Assembly (NCBI GenBank): GCA_025594325.1
Contig: JANHCV010000008.1
Location: 1,178,001-1,242,000 of the forward strand
Length of the DNA: 64,000 bases
Reading direction: 5' to 3'
Source: Blastocladiella emersonii ATCC 22665
Lineage: Eukaryota; Fungi; Blastocladiomycota
Position 1 is the stretch's first letter. Every line of letters begins with the position of its first letter. This document shows positions 33,793 through 47,523 of this stretch, in pieces. The notes under the pieces were generated by a model. It worked only from the letters and a program-made list of their open reading frames with translations. It searched no databases and had not been told where the DNA came from. Made by a program: the position numbers and the translations under genes.

Positions 33793-35905
33793 ATGGCGTT
33801 GCCGTTCCCCGACGCCGCCGCCGCCGACCTCGACGCCGCGGCGCGCCAGCCGCTGCTCGCGCCGCATCCCGCCGACGACTCGCACTTCTACGCCAGCACC
33901 GCGACCACCGACCCCGAGCACTTCCCCGCCGACCCGGCGCGCCTCGAGCGCCGCCGCCGCCGCCGCATGGCGTACTGGTCGCTCGTCATCCCCTTCACCT
34001 TTGCCGTCGCCATGTCCATGATCTCGGCCCCGCAGTCGCAGTTCATCCTGCGCCTCATCTGCCGCGAGGAGTACGGCCGCGAGCTCTCGTCGACGGCCTT
34101 TGGCGGGTCGCTCGCCGACATCCCCGAGCCGCCCATGGAGTACTGCAAGCTGCCGAGCGTGCAGAAGACCATCACCATCACGTCGACGCTGCTCTCCATG
34201 TGCGCCACGCTGCCGACGCTTCTTGTGACGGCCGTGAATGGGCGGCTGTCCGACAATCCCGCCATCGGTACGCTCATTTCCTCGCTTGAACCCGCTCGAC
34301 GCTCACGTTTTTGCGAGAATAGGCCGCAAACCCTTCCTCCTCATCCCGCTGCTCGCCGAGTCCATCAACATCCTCGTCTTCACCACCGTCGCCACCCTCA
34401 ACCTGCCCTCGGCCTACCTCGCCCTCGGCTACTTTGTCATGGGCTGGTCCGGCGGTTTCTCGACTTTCATGATGGGTACGCCCTCCCTCCCCTCCCCACC
34501 CTCTCCGCTCACCACACTAACCCCTGCTCCCAAACCATAGCCTACTTTGCCTTCGTCTCCGAATCCGTCCCCGTCGCCCGCCGCACCTACCTCTTCACCC
34601 TCGTCGAGGGCGCCCTGCTGGCCGGCTTCACCGTCGGGCCCATCCTCATGTCGCTCATCGTGCGCGCCGCGCCGTCGCTCCCGCTCCTCGTCTTCGGCGT
34701 CGCCGCGGCCGTCGTCGTCGTCGCCCTCGCCCAGGTCCTGCTCATCGTCCAGCGCGCGCCGAGCAAGGCGTCCACGACCGCGACGGGTTCGCTCGTGTCG
34801 TCGTCATCGTCTGCGTCGACGCGCTCGCACTCGCCGTACTCGTCCGCCGCCGCCGCGCCGGTGCACCCATCCGCCGCTCCCGCCTCGGACACGACCTCGA
34901 CCACCTCCCTCCCCTCCGCCTCTTCCCTCCCCACCCGCGCCCGCGCCTCCCTCGCGCGGCAGCTCGCCGCCTTCACGATCCTGTACCAGCCCTACAACCG
35001 GACGCGCCTTCTCCTCGTCGCGTGCTCGTTCCTGATCGCCGCCGGCATGACGTCGCACGCCGTCGCCTTCATCCCCTACACGTACCGCAAGTTCGGGTGG
35101 ACCGCGAAGGAGGACGGCGTGTTCCAGTCGTTCAGCTTCCTGTGGAAGTTGGTCGCGATCGCGGGGTTCCTGCCGTTTGCGTACCGCCGGAACCGCGGGC
35201 GGAAGGTCGATGGGGAAGAGGGGGAGGAGGTGACGTTGCTCGCGGGGGAGGGCGGGGGTGTGGGGCGCAAGGCGGTAACGTCGAGTCTCGCGGCGCTCAA
35301 CGAGTTCGACGGCGACGAGGAGGATGATGCTGAAGATCTTTCGGCCGCGACGACGATCGGTGACGGTACGGCGGGTTCCTCGTCGTCGACGCCCGCGTCG
35401 CCCGACCGCACCGCCGCGCCCGCGCCCGCGGGGATCAAGCCCGGCTCGCCCATGGAAGCCCGTGTCGTCCGCGTCGGCTTCTTCGCGTACGTGCTCACGT
35501 TCCTCGGGTTCGCGTTCGCCACCGAGGGGTGGATGTTCATTCTCGGTACGCCCTTTCCTCCCCCGCCACTCTCTCCCTTCCCTCCGTTCTCCTCTCGCCC
35601 ATCCACTCACACTCCCAAATCGTGTAGCCGCGCCCTTCGACGCCATCGGCGTCCTTGCCATGCCGCTGATGCGCAGCCTGCTGACGCAGACCGTCGCGCC
35701 CGAGCACCAGGGCACGCTGCTCGGCGTCAACTCGACCGTCGGGTCGCTCGCGTCGATCGTCGCGCCGCTCGCGTTCACCGCCGTGTACGCGCAGACGGTC
35801 GGGTGGATGGACGGCGCCGTGTACCTGGCCGGGGCCGGGTGCTGGGCTGCTGCGTTTGGGTTGTCGTTGTTCACGCAGCGCAAGGATATTCGGCCGATCG
35901 ATTGA
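33793..35905 (+). CDS. Major facilitator superfamily transporter (SLC46/tetracycline-efflux-like); introns 34268-34322, 34476-34540, 35546-35627
   Basis: Motif A-like GRLSDNPAIGRKPFL after splicing; about 12 hydrophobic segments; C-terminal RSLLTQTV...QGTLLGVNSTVGSLASIVAPLAF. Confidence 0.85.
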
Positions 35906-37053
35906 GGGGTAGGAAGAAGGGTGTGTGTACAGTCAAACAAAGTTTTGGTCACCTTTTTTGGGATGCAGTCGTGGAACGTGATGGAGCAAAGGGGTCGTGT
36001 CACGAGAGAATGAGAGGACGGCCGGCCGACGAACGCAGCAGCGAGGTGCGACACAGACAAGCGAGAGAGCCGAAGTGACTTGACTGCGGCCGGCACATCC
36101 GCGATCCAGGTGGAGAGACGCAAGTTTCAGCCGATGCGCGGTGGACGAGAGTGGCTGAGCGACGACGCGTTGCGCCACACATGCTTCAACGCGTCTCTCG
36201 CCATCCCGCTCGCCCAGAAAAAAAAACTCGGACAGGCTCGATGCGCCGCACGAGGGCAGGGTCAAGAGGTTTTTACGACTTGGGCTTAGTTTTGTATACA
36301 AGTGTCACATGACGTGTGGTCCGACCGGCTCCTGCGAAGCCGGCGGCGGGCACGGCCGTTGGCGTGTTCGGTTCCCGGCACGTCCAACGTCCTGCTTGAC
36401 AAAGAATCGCGCGACATGTACCTTTTATACCCGCGCACTTGCGTGAAAGTGGATTTATGAGTACTGGATTTCTTTCAGTAAGAGTTGGTCCTTGGCTAGT
36501 CCACGAGCCATGGTTTTTTCTTGCACTCTCGGAGCGCGAAACGATTGACACATGTCCTGACTGGGTCCGTAACAGCGAGGGCAGAGCCCCGAATTCGCTC
36601 CACGATTCGACTAGATTTAGCGCGTTTGGATGATGACCTCGCACTCGCGAGTTTGAAAACTGAGCGCTTTGCGGGAATGTCGCCGAACCCTGAGCCGCGT
36701 TGCGCCACTCACATGACCTCGACGCGTCGATAAATTGGCTAATTCTTTCACGAATCGATGTTGTCCGGAGAGAAAACAAGAGTCAATGAACTGCATTAGT
36801 AGTTTGTGGAAGCGCTCTGGGCTAGGAGCGCTGGGTCGTGGCCGGTGCTTCGTAGAGAAACCGATTCCGCGCTTGGCGTGCGCGGTGCCGAAGCTCCGTC
36901 CAAGTTGAACATGACTCGCTCCCTCCTGACATCAAACTGCGCGACGCGGATTTCAGTCGAACTCGGCAGGCATAGCTGCGTTTCGGCGTTATGGCGCGAG
37001 CGGGCCGGGGTCATTCGAGCCGTTGCGCCAGCGTTTCGATTTGCTCCTAACTT

Positions 37054-38085
37054 TTAAAGCTGTTGGAAGTCAACCCGAGCTTCGCTATGAGTCGCGGACG
37101 CGGCATGCGACTGAGTCTGCGCGGTCAGGACAAATGCGACAAACCTGATTGCACGACCATCCCGATGGTAATCGAGTAGCTTGTTGGCATAGGTGCGAAG
37201 GGTCTCGGATCTCCGGTCGGGAAACGCCGCAAGCGCGAGGGCCACGAGGCCCTCACATTTGTAATGGGCGAGACCGTGGAATTTTTCGCGAAGCATTCCT
37301 AAGGCTCGAGGAGGTCGACGTTGAATAGGTTGATGGCAAAGTAAGCGAGACGACGAGCAAAGGTATCGTCTCGCCGAGGTGGAATGCTTTCACGAGATCG
37401 CCGAGCACAAGAAAGTCCTGGTGCTCGATCAAGTCCGCGTCGATCTCGATCCAGAGTAAGCCCGGAGCGTGTTTCTGCGTGTCCTTGAGAACTTGACCAA
37501 AGATTCCGCACGAGTCGGTGAAAAGTGCGGCGACGAGAACGACAACTTGGGAATACATTGGGCACTCGCGGTACGACGCGACGCCAGCTCGTTTTGGGCC
37601 AGTGAGGGGAGCTTCGAGCCGGGACTCAAGCCAAGCGTGGATGGCCGACGTCAGCTTTGCAGGGTCGCCTTCGCATCGATCCACGTCCGATTTCATGAGG
37701 CGGAGAAGCAGGGCTGAAATGTCCGCGAGGGGAAGCGCGCTGGACACGGGCAAGAAGCACCGATGCTCTGCTGGAGTGCTGCGAAGGAGTGTGTTGATAA
37801 GCGCGGTGAGGTCAATGCGGATGAGGTCAAAATTGAACCTTTCGACTTTGCGTTCCTTGACGACCGAGGATGGCAGTTGCAGTTCGAAGGCACGATAAAA
37901 CCAGACTTGCTTGACGGCTTTGCCGGACGCGAGCTCGAACATTTCCCGCGAGGCCACCGGGGCGCGAGGCAGCGCAAGCTGGAGGATGTGGGCTCATGGC
38001 TCAGCCGGAACTGGCTGGGATCGAGCAGGCTGGCCGCGTGCGGTTGCGGCAAATCATAAGTGTTCAGCTTCATTGTGCGCTCCAT
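37054..38085 (-). pseudogene. F-box family paralog A (premature TGA in the F-box region, frameshifts, truncated)
   Basis: Colinear with the 38411-40674 protein (QLPSSVVKER, SYRECPMYSQ, HAPGLL, KCEGLVALAL, YHRDGR) but broken. Confidence 0.7.
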
Positions 38086-38410
38086 GGTAGCCGTTCGATT
38101 GAGCAAAACGGGAGCGAGATCGCGTCGCGACGCGTTTGGCCTTCGTGGCGCTGCTCACGTGGCACAAACGTGTGGCGTAACACGTCACTCGGGATCGGTT
38201 CACCGGAGCATGAGCACGCAGCTCACAAAAATGACCGCCCAAAGCTATCGTCGTCGCATCATTCACACATAGCATGACCATTCGCAGGAGCATCCCGGCC
38301 ATGGCGAGCTACGCCGCCTCGCCGCTTCAGAGCCCGTCGCTTGTCAAGTCACTCGTTGCCAGACAAAAACCTGCAGATGTTTTAATAAATTGCTCGCAGA
38401 AACGGCCCCA

Positions 38411-40674
38411 CTACTTGAGACGAGCGAGCAACTCAGTCACCTCCTTGACACGTTCCATCTGGGCCCACGCCCGCGGCGCAATGCGCTTGAACTCCGCCAC
38501 GAGTTCGCGATGCTCCGAGTGGTAGTCGGTGCAATCGAGGAACTCGGGCAGGATCCAGTCGACCGAGCTCGCCTTGTCAAGCGCGCCGTCAGGAACAAGT
38601 GACCAAAACCAGACGGGATACACCAGGGTGGTCGGCGCGACGTCCTGAATCGCGTAAAGCACAGCGGCAAGGTCGACCCGAACGAGCAGCTGCAAGAGGG
38701 TGCGAGTTGGCGGGACCTCGGCGCCGTGCGACCAGCAAGCGGGAGGCAAGGGAGGGTCGCTGTCGAACCGCATGTGCACAAGGTAGAACACGGTTTGCTT
38801 GGCCGGTTCCGTGATGAGCTGAAGAGCGTACGGCGCGCGGCGCAGGAGGACAGCGGTTGCTTCCACGTACAACGGCAGCGGCTGACGATGGCATCGCGTG
38901 CAAGCATGCTTGCCGTTTCCAAGCGGGGATGGCATGACGCGCTCCAGGTACGCGGTCTGCGCGATGAGAATGGCGCTGAGGCACAAGGACGTGGTGCCCG
39001 ACTTGTCGAAAATGGCCAGCGCAGTTGCAGAGTAGTCGGGGTCGAGAAGCGCGTCCACGAGCGGCCACGCGATGAATGGGGTCGCTTGAGCCGGATCCAT
39101 GGAAAGAATCGTGGTAGCAAGCAGAACCGAGGCGCGAAGCGGACCCCCGCTACGCATGTCAAACGACCCAAACACGACCGGTCTGCCGTCCTTGTGATAT
39201 GTGAGCACGAGTTTGGCGTAGGCCTTGAGCATGTTCGTCTTGCGGTTCGGGAAGGACGCAAGGGCAAGGTTCAAAAGGTTCTCGCAACTGATATTGTCAT
39301 GGTCGCCAGTTTTGTTCAGGATGCCGTGGTAAGCTACACGTGGGCGGCAGAAGGTTAGGGTACTTAGACCAGAAATTTTTGGGCACCTTTTAAGCACGCA
39401 CCAGAAAACATGGCTGCGCGAACGGCATCCTCGTCGAGGTGTTTCATGGCTTCGGCGAGGACTCGCTCGCAAGGGAGGTTGAGTTGCGAAACCTGCGTGT
39501 AGAGGAACAGGTCGCGCCAGAGCAGATCGCGTGTCAAGCCGTGAGTAGCAAGAACCCTGCAAATTTCCATGTCAGGAGAAGTATGCTTGATGGCCCAGAT
39601 GTACAGTTGCACGACCCTGTCCCTAGGAAATCCGTCAAGAACTCGCGAAGCATGCGTCATAAGTGCGCTGGCGAGGAAGCAGGGCGGAGCGCGGCGCTCG
39701 TCCATGAGAATTTCGGCCAGCGAAAGCGGGCTCGGCTTCCAATTATGGTCGAGTAGCCATTCGAGCGTTCGCCGCTTGCGCTCGCGTGAGGCGGAATCGT
39801 CAGGGTCGAACAAGAACGAGAAGAAAAGGTTCTTGTGGAACCCAAGAAAAGAGAGAACCGGAGCGGTGGTCAGTCCGAACTGCGGCTCGAGCATGATCTT
39901 GAGCAAGTCCACCTCGAAGAGAATGATCGCGAAGAAGGCGAGCCCGGCTAGCAGGGTCTGCTTTTGGCCATGCTGGAACGATTTGTAGAGCTCGCCAAGG
40001 ACCGCAAAGTCTCGCGATTCGAGAAGCTGGCCCTCAATGTAGATCCCAAGCAGGCCTGGCGCGTGCGTCAACATATCTTCGAGAACCTGCCGAAAGATCG
40101 AGCACGAGCCGGTCATGAAAGCGGCGACGAGAAGGACGATTTGGGAGTACATGGGGACCTCGCGGTACGACGGGACAGGGGCAGGGTCTTGACCGGCGAC
40201 GCTCGATTGAGCATTGATACATTGCGCGATAGCGGTTGAAATCTTGGAGGAGTCGCCGCGGCAACGGGCGATGGCCGGCTGCATGCGCTTGAGCAGGAGA
40301 GTGGAAACTTGGGGAAACGGGACCGCCAGGAGTGCCGGCTCAAAGCACATCGACTGGCCTGTAGCGTTCGTTGAAAGCGTATTGAGGAAAGCGCCAAGGT
40401 CGATCCGCGCATGACCAAGCTCGTCACGCTCAGCGTCGCGCTCCTTGAGCACCGCGGACGGGAGCTGCATCTCGAACGAGCGAAGAGTCCAAAGTCGCCC
40501 CAAGGCACGGTCAGAAACAACGTCAAACATGCGCCGCGCGGCCGTCGGGACGCGAGGCGAGGCAAGTTTGAGGACGTGAATCCAGAGCTCGGTCGGAAGG
40601 TCGCCAAACTTCAGCTCACCATCGGGCACACTTTGCAGCAAGCTTGAGGTCTCCATTTGCGTTGCATGGTTCAT
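38411..40674 (-). CDS. F-box protein paralog B, 731 aa, apparently intact; intron 39334-39401
   Basis: FGDLPTELWIHVLKLASP (F-box-like). The GTGCGT...TAG intron restores frame (1273+923 nt). Long helical C-terminus with HACTRCH. Confidence 0.75.
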
Positions 40675-41239
40675 AGTGGGCGCTCGTTGGGATGAGTGGA
40701 CGCCCCGGCTCCGCGAAGTGCGAGGGAATCGGGTGTGGCGCCACCGCATCCCGTGATTTCCTCGTGGGAAATGCGAGACGCGAGACACCCGTCGCGTCGA
40801 CGCGTTTGCTTCACAAGTTGCTCGCGCAGCGGGAACGCCCGCTGAAAGGTGGCCGAACAATCAATTATGATGTATCAACTCTTTGGAACTGGAAAATACG
40901 ATACTAATATAAACTGGGCAACGTGCTCCGCTGGGGTTGGAATTCTAGGCGCGCGCGCGCATCGCCGAAACGGCTCCCAGCTTGAGGGGCCTGGCGTCAC
41001 GCCTGACGTCAGGTCCGACGCGTGGGTCGCGACGCGACGGCTGACGCCAGGGTCAAAATGATTTTCATCAGGTCTGGCGTCAGACCACGCAGAAATCGTC
41101 GCGTCAGCCGTGACGCCAGGCCTGACGCAACGGTTGATGCGAGGGTCGGTGCCTGGTTCGCGCCACGCTTCCGGATTGCTCACGTGCTCACCCTGATAGG
41201 CATTCCGATAGACCGATTCGAATAATAGCTCTGTATTAA

Positions 41240-42400
41240 TCATGATACGCCGCTGCTCGCGGCCGCCACCGCGCCCATCCGGCGCTCGCGGCCCGAGCTC
41301 TTCCGCGGCCGCCGTCGCCGCCACTCCTTGATGCGCGGGAACGAGTGCTTGAGCTCGGTCTCGATGCCGCCGACCCGTGGCCGCCCGCCCACCTTCGACG
41401 TGGCAGTCGATCTTGAGCGGACCGAGCGGGCGCGCTTGATGGCCACGCGGAGGCTGGCGCCCTTGATCTCCTTGAGCGACGTGATCTCGCACTTGGCGTC
41501 GGCGATGGCCACGGTCACCGACCGTCGCAGCGAGTCGGGCTTGGACTTGTGCGCCGCTGACTGTCGTTGCCCTGGTGCGGATGGGCTCAAGGTCAGCGAC
41601 GCGGAGAGAGAGAGAGGGGCGGTGCGCGCGAGACGTACCGCGTGGTCCTCGTAGCCGAGGGCGACTTGTCCTTGCACTGCAGCGAGTCGAGGACCTTGGT
41701 CTTGTCGATGTTGGCGCCAGCAAGCTGCCGCTTGATCTGCAGTGAGGCGCTTACGTGCGTGTTAGCGAGGGGCTCGAAGCGCGCATCTTAGGCCGCGGAC
41801 CAGGTCGAGAACGCACCGTGATCGAGCATATCCTGGATCTCGCTGTACTCGACCTCGAACACCTTGGCGGGTGCGAGGAAGTCGATGGCCATGGTCGGGG
41901 CCGTGGTTGACGTTGCCCGAGGTCTTGACGGCCGTCGCGGACGCGTCCTTGGTGACCATGGCGGTACAGTCCGTGATCGAGTCGAGCTTGGCCTCGCCGA
42001 CGCCTTGGGCACGCGGACGACGGCGCCCACGAGTGCCGACACCCGCAGCAAGTGAGAAAGCGTACCGCATCGCCAAGCAGCTTGGCGGCCTTGATCACGG
42101 CGACGTGGTCGCGGTGTTGCCACACGGCCGATGGCGGGTCAGAACCCGGGTCGCACCGTAGCCGCGGCGATACACGCGCACGCCTTGTCGAACGCGGCCG
42201 TGCACGCGCTTGGTGAGGCCCTTGTCGAACAACTTGGTCGAAGCAGGTGCTCGGCCTTGCGCGCGTCACTGAGGCGGTCGATCGTGTCGGACGAGACGCG
42301 CTTGGCGCGGGTTAGCACGAGCGCTCGGTGGGCGGAGATCTGGACGAGTGAGGTGACGAAGGGGACGGGTCAGCGTGGTTCGAACGACGTGTCCAAGGCG
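41240..42400 (-). pseudogene. Degenerate accessory ORF of Plavaka element 2
   Basis: Codon-biased fragments (AIDFLAPAKVFEVEYSEIQDMLDHG; IADAKCEITSLKEIKG) separated by GT-AG introns and frameshifts, divergent from the transposase. Confidence 0.45.
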
Positions 42401-43039
42401 GCGAGTGATAAGGGGGTGATGACAGGCGGAACCGAGCCTATCCGCCGCGGAGGACGATCGGCAGCAGTCCCGCGCGTGGCGAGGGCGAAGAGTTTCGAGG
42501 GGAGGGGAGGGAGTGGGGAGAATGAGTCGACGGAAAATGCGCGCTCGCGGCGACTCAGCACGACGCGGATGCACCGCCGCGGCGACGCACGCTTCCTTGG
42601 TGGCCCCGAGCACGTCGTGGGGGTCGGTCCGTCGTCTTAGGCGAGCGTGGAGGCCGCGGACACGACTCGGACACGGCGAGCGACGCGGCGAAGCTGGCCT
42701 CACGACGCGGGCGCCGCCATGGCCGACGCGGTGCGGGCAACGTACGGGCGGGGCTGCGTGCGAGTCGCAAGAGCAGAGTGTGTCGATTGCATGGTGGTGG
42801 GTGGGGTCGGGCGGGGACTTGGCGGGTCGGCGGGAGCGGCAGCCATCCGCGCCCAACGCGCGCGCTGAAGAAGGATCGGCGAAGGGCGGAAGCGTCACGT
42901 GGCGTGACCTTCGCGTCCTTCGCCTCCCTCACCGCTCGACGCACCATGTAACTCCACTCAATGACTCTATGTAACCGACCTGTAATGTCGAGCTCTACCT
43001 CTTGCTATGCCTGGAACGGTCAAATCCGTGTGTCTGCGC

Positions 43040-44475
43040 TCACACTGCCCCAATCTCGCCGTCGGAACTCGTCAAGTTCAAAGTTCTCACGCTCTATGAG
43101 CTCCACTGCACTCTGCTCCGCGGATCAGCGCCGAGTGACTGGTCGCTCGCGTACGCGGCACCGGTCCTCGGTCGGTTTGACCTGGCCGCTCGCTGCGTGT
43201 ATGTGTGCCCCGCGCGCTACAACAACTACGCACGCCCAAGCACCGCTGCCTGAGCAAACACGTTGATATCATCAAGCGCTTTGGTCCCAACACGATCCTG
43301 TCGACCGAGGCGACGGAGCGCTCGCACAAGTTCAACGCCTAGATCGCGGCCAAGCTCACAAACCACACGGCGACCTCGTCCGAGCAGCTTTTTTCGCGCG
43401 CGGCCTCGTGCGTGGCCCTGCAGGCGATCGTGCGAGCGCGCTCGTGAGGGAGTGTGACCCCGCGATACAGAATCGCTGACTCTCGCGCGCCGTGGAGCAT
43501 CACTAACGCTCGCGTCGTCACTATCGCATCACAGGAATACGAGGGCATGGACGAGGTCTTCAAGTACCTGGCCGACGTGCGCCTGACCACGCTCAAGGCG
43601 ACAACGTCTGACCGCATCAAGTTTGATCCCGGGCGCGAGGTACACTTCTCGTTCGGCACGACCGCGAGCTCGAGCGTGGACCAGCTCTCGACTCAGATCC
43701 CGTTCCTTGCCCAGATCCTCCACGGTTACCTGGCCGAGGATGCTGGACTCTCGGCGCATCACGCGGCCGACGACCCGCTGCTGGGCCCTGACGACGGCAA
43801 GGTACCCGCGTGCGCGCGATCTGCATCAAATTGACGAAGAACTGACGCTTCCCGGCTCGCGATGCGTGTAGTTCCTCATGTCCAAGGCAATCTCGTTCGA
43901 GGCCTTCTCGCTCGGCAGGTTCCGCAACAAGCAGATTACGGGCAAGTGCGAGTTCCCAACCCGCGGCAAGTCGCACGCGGACTGGGTCATGGTCCGCTGC
44001 TTGCTGAGCTCGCACCGAACGATTCGGTCGCTGACATCTGCTATTATCTCGCGTACGGTAGTATCTCACGTCGGACAAGAAGTACCGCGTTGGGAGGCTG
44101 GCCGCCGCGCTGCACTTCACGCACAACGGCACCGAGCACGACGTGGCCATCGTCGAGCAGTTCCGCGTCCAGAACGACGCGCCGGGCGGCAACATGACGT
44201 ACAAGGACATTCCCGTACAGGCGCTCGCCCTGCATCCAGCAGAGCCGGGTATGGGCCTCGGTCGGTATCACGCCGTGGGCGTGGCGGCCTTCCAGACGTT
44301 CGTTCACGTCGTGCCTAACTACGATCGGCCCGCGGCGCCGACGACCGCAGGCGCAGCCAACTTCAAGCTCGACAGCGAGTACCGGGAGTGGCTGCTCAAC
44401 CCGTTCGACTGCGCGGGGTCGGCCGCGCTCATGGCGTACCTGTGGGAGCGCGACCTGCTCGAGGTGGTGGTGTAG
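43040..44475 (+). pseudogene. Plavaka transposase C-terminal remnant (premature TAG 43340-43342, frameshift near 43240)
   Basis: KHRCLSKHVDIIKRFGPNTILSTEATERSHKF...LTN; C-terminal HDVAIVEQF...VAAFQTFVHVVPNY...WLLNPF. Confidence 0.65.
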
Positions 44476-44954
44476 GGGACCCGATCGGGTCCCGCGGCTG
44501 CGGCGCGTAGCGAGCGCCGTCCCTTGCAGAACTAGCAACGAGAACGAGCTGCGGCGCGTGGCGTGCGCCGCTGGTCGAAATACATGCCCTCGTTCTCTCA
44601 ACTACTGCGGCGGTGGCTTTGCGCGTGTTTCGCGCCCGCGAACGACCCTTCCTCGAGGTCTGACGACGAGTTGGAGCGCAAAACCTCACTTAGTCGCGTC
44701 ACCGTCTCTAGTAGTCGCTCATAAACAAGTTGCACCAAGTTGGAGAAGAGTAGGATTCATGGTTCGTGGTCGGGGTATACGTGGCGGAGAGCCGGGACTC
44801 TCGCGTTGCGAACCGGACCCCCACGCGTCAGACCTGGCGTCAGGTCCGGTCGAGGCTGACGCCAGCCCCGACGTGAGTTTGGCTGGGACCGCCGCCGACC
44901 TGGCGTCAGGGGTCTGGCGTCAGCCCTCGCGTCGCCAGGACCGTTTCGGCGATG

Positions 44955-47216
44955 CGCTCGAGCGGTGCCAAGGATCAGTGGCACCCATCTAGCGCTGCGT
45001 GCGAACAGAAGCCTTGAGTGGGCAGACCCATTGACTGCATCAACCACGCCATCAAGATTCGCTCGAACAAGCAGCTCGAGAATCTTGTGGGTTGGCAGGA
45101 AGTCAACGCCGAGTGACAGGCAAGCGTGAGGGACCGCGACGTTGCTGTTGTACCGCCGCTGGACGATGCAACGCACGCTTTCTTTGGCGGCCGGCGTGAT
45201 GATACGAAGGGCGTATGGCGCGCGTCGTAAGAGAGCAGCCGTCGAGGTACATAAGACGTCAGAGGTTGGCGGTGGCACTCGGTGCACGCATGTTGGCCGT
45301 CCGCGAGCGGAGGCACGTACGTGCGCTCCAAATACTCGGTTTGCGCGAGAAGAAGGGCGCTGAGGAACAACGCCGCGGTGCCCGACTTCTTAAGCGCAAT
45401 GAGAGCAGTTGAGGAAAGGTCAGGGCCACGTAGCGCAGCCACAAGCGGCCACGCAATGGAAGGGGTTGCTTGGGCTGGGTTCGACGCAAGAATACTGTTG
45501 GCGAGCAGGAAAGAGCTGTGAAGAGGAGACCTTCCATGCCAGTCGAACGATTTGAACACGATTGGCCTCCCGTCCAGATGGCAGCTGAGCAAAAGATCGG
45601 TGTAAGCACGGAGGACCTTTGAAGGTCGAGCAGCCGTTCCCAGGGCAAGGGTAAGGAGGCCCTCGCATTTGATAAGAACGTGATCACCGTTAGCCTGCAT
45701 GAGGTAGTGGCGATATGCTAAATTCGGGGCGAAATCGTGAGTTCAAGGGCCTAAGACGCCAGGGCGGAGACGCACCAGAAAATATCGCCTCCTGCAAGGA
45801 CCTATTGGTGATGTACTTGAGCGCTTCAACGGTCATCCCATGCATCGCTCCCGGACGAAAAATCTGGGCAGCGCGAGGCAAGGGTCAACGAGTTAGCGCA
45901 GGTGGCCGTATGACAGCGGAACGTGGGCCCCGAAGAAGCTCAAATACCTTGGGATGCGGCTGCCCATTGCGGGCGCCGGCGCAACGGTCGGCAAGGCGAC
46001 GACCACGTCCAGCCACGGATGGCCGTGCTCGTGGCCATCAGCAGGTCGTACTTGCTACCCAAACTCACGCGAGGTGCGCAAGTTTCATCAAAGTACTAAT
46101 GTGCTCTATTGATACCGGTCTTCATACAAAAGCTCGGGCAGATCCAGCTCGCTCGCCATGAAACTCCTACACCAGAGACCCAGGCCAGGCAGATGACAAT
46201 CCTCGATCAAGGCGAACGTTTGACGCGGGTAGCGCTGGATCGCATTAGCGAGCAGCATTGGCGGGTGTCCGGGACGCGAGAGTTTGTGGGCAATGCACAG
46301 CGGCTTTGAGGTCCATCCGCGCGCGAGCAGCCAGTCCAGAACGGCCCACATTCGCTCGGGCGAAGCACGTGTGACTTCGAGGGTTTCGTAAAACTGCTCG
46401 TGGTTGGCGGCGACATCGCGGACGAGCTGCGCCGTGTCCAAGCCAAACCGCGGGTCCTCGAGGACGCGGAGAAGGTCCGGGTCGAACAGGTGGATGGCAA
46501 CAAAGGCGAGCACGTTGGTGAACCGCTGGATCGGGATTTCGAACCTGTTGTCAAGCAGGAAGTGCACCTTCAGGTAGCCCATCCCGAAGCTCGTGGCCAG
46601 TTCGTCCACGGCCATGGCAAACTTAGGCACATGTGTGAACAGGGCGCCGAGGATTTCGCGAAAGACATGACACGACACCTGGGTCATTGATTCAGTGATG
46701 AGAGAAATCAGCGCGTGCCCAGGATGCGCGTGGTACGGTGCAGGTCCGTCGTCCGACTTGGTGAAGAACATGGACGGCCTGTCGGACGGCGACCAGGAGA
46801 TGCAAGTCCAAGGATCGGCAGAATTGACGAGATCAACGAGGTGCATGGCGATATCGACAAATGTGAACGGGCCGAGCAGCGACGGATCGGACACGGGGAT
46901 CTTTGTTCTGCGCCGCAGGGCGTGGAGGCTGAGGCGCGCTTCGAGCTCGGTCTGCGGACGGTATAAGAAGATGGCCTGAGACACGCATTCCTCATTCACG
47001 GCTGAGGGAAGCTGAAAGGAGATGAACCGAGAACGCCAGAACAGCAGCAGGGTCTGAGGCCATGGCGTGCCACTCGCGGGTCACTGTTGGCACCCGCGGC
47101 GATGTGAGCTGGAGCACGGTGATAAGCAGCTCCTCCTGGAGCGCTGCCAAGCTCATGCGATCCGTTTCGGCGCGTTGCGGTGGATCCGATCCATTCAGTG
47201 ACAACGTGTGATCCAT
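44955..47216 (-). pseudogene. F-box family paralog C, frameshifted, with its 3' end cut by Plavaka element 2 (tail at 40904-40957)
   Basis: SLAALQEELLITVLQLTSPRVP (F-box-like); KCEGLLTLAL, HLDGRP, AWPLVAAL, HACTECHRQPL and LLRRAPYAL match paralog B. Excising the element gives ...GTARA-RARLEFQPQRSTLPSLY*. Confidence 0.7.
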
Positions 47217-47523
47217 GGTCAACCAGAGAGGGCAAGCTGCAGGACGGACTGTGACTTGGATGCTGGCAACAAGTCGTCAAGTTAGGCGTTGTCGCATTGG
47301 CTGCATCACATTTCACGTGGGAAGCGAGACGCGAGACGCGAGGCGTGCGAGACGCGTCGCGCCGCGTGCGTGCGGTCACGCGATCGGCGCGCGGGTGCGA
47401 GACAGTTTTGTGCCGCGTTCGCGAGACGCGTCGCGCGCGCCCGTTTGCACGCCGCCACTCGCGACCTTGGACTTGCTGCAACCCGTTCCCCCAAACCCCA
47501 AATGCACTCCCCTTCATGGACCC

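Larger units (their letters stand above)
40960..44954 (+). mobile_element. Second Plavaka (CACTA-like) element, 3995 bp, degenerate
   Basis: 14-bp TIRs CATCGCCGAAACGG (40960-40973 and 44941-44954), 2-bp TSD CG, CTGACGCCAG/CTGGCGTCAG subterminal repeats at both ends, and a transposase remnant. Confidence 0.85.

Noticed and set aside
36300-37050. Possible retroelement pol or continuation of F-box paralog A
   Set aside because: Only short, stop-ridden frames with no recognisable motif.
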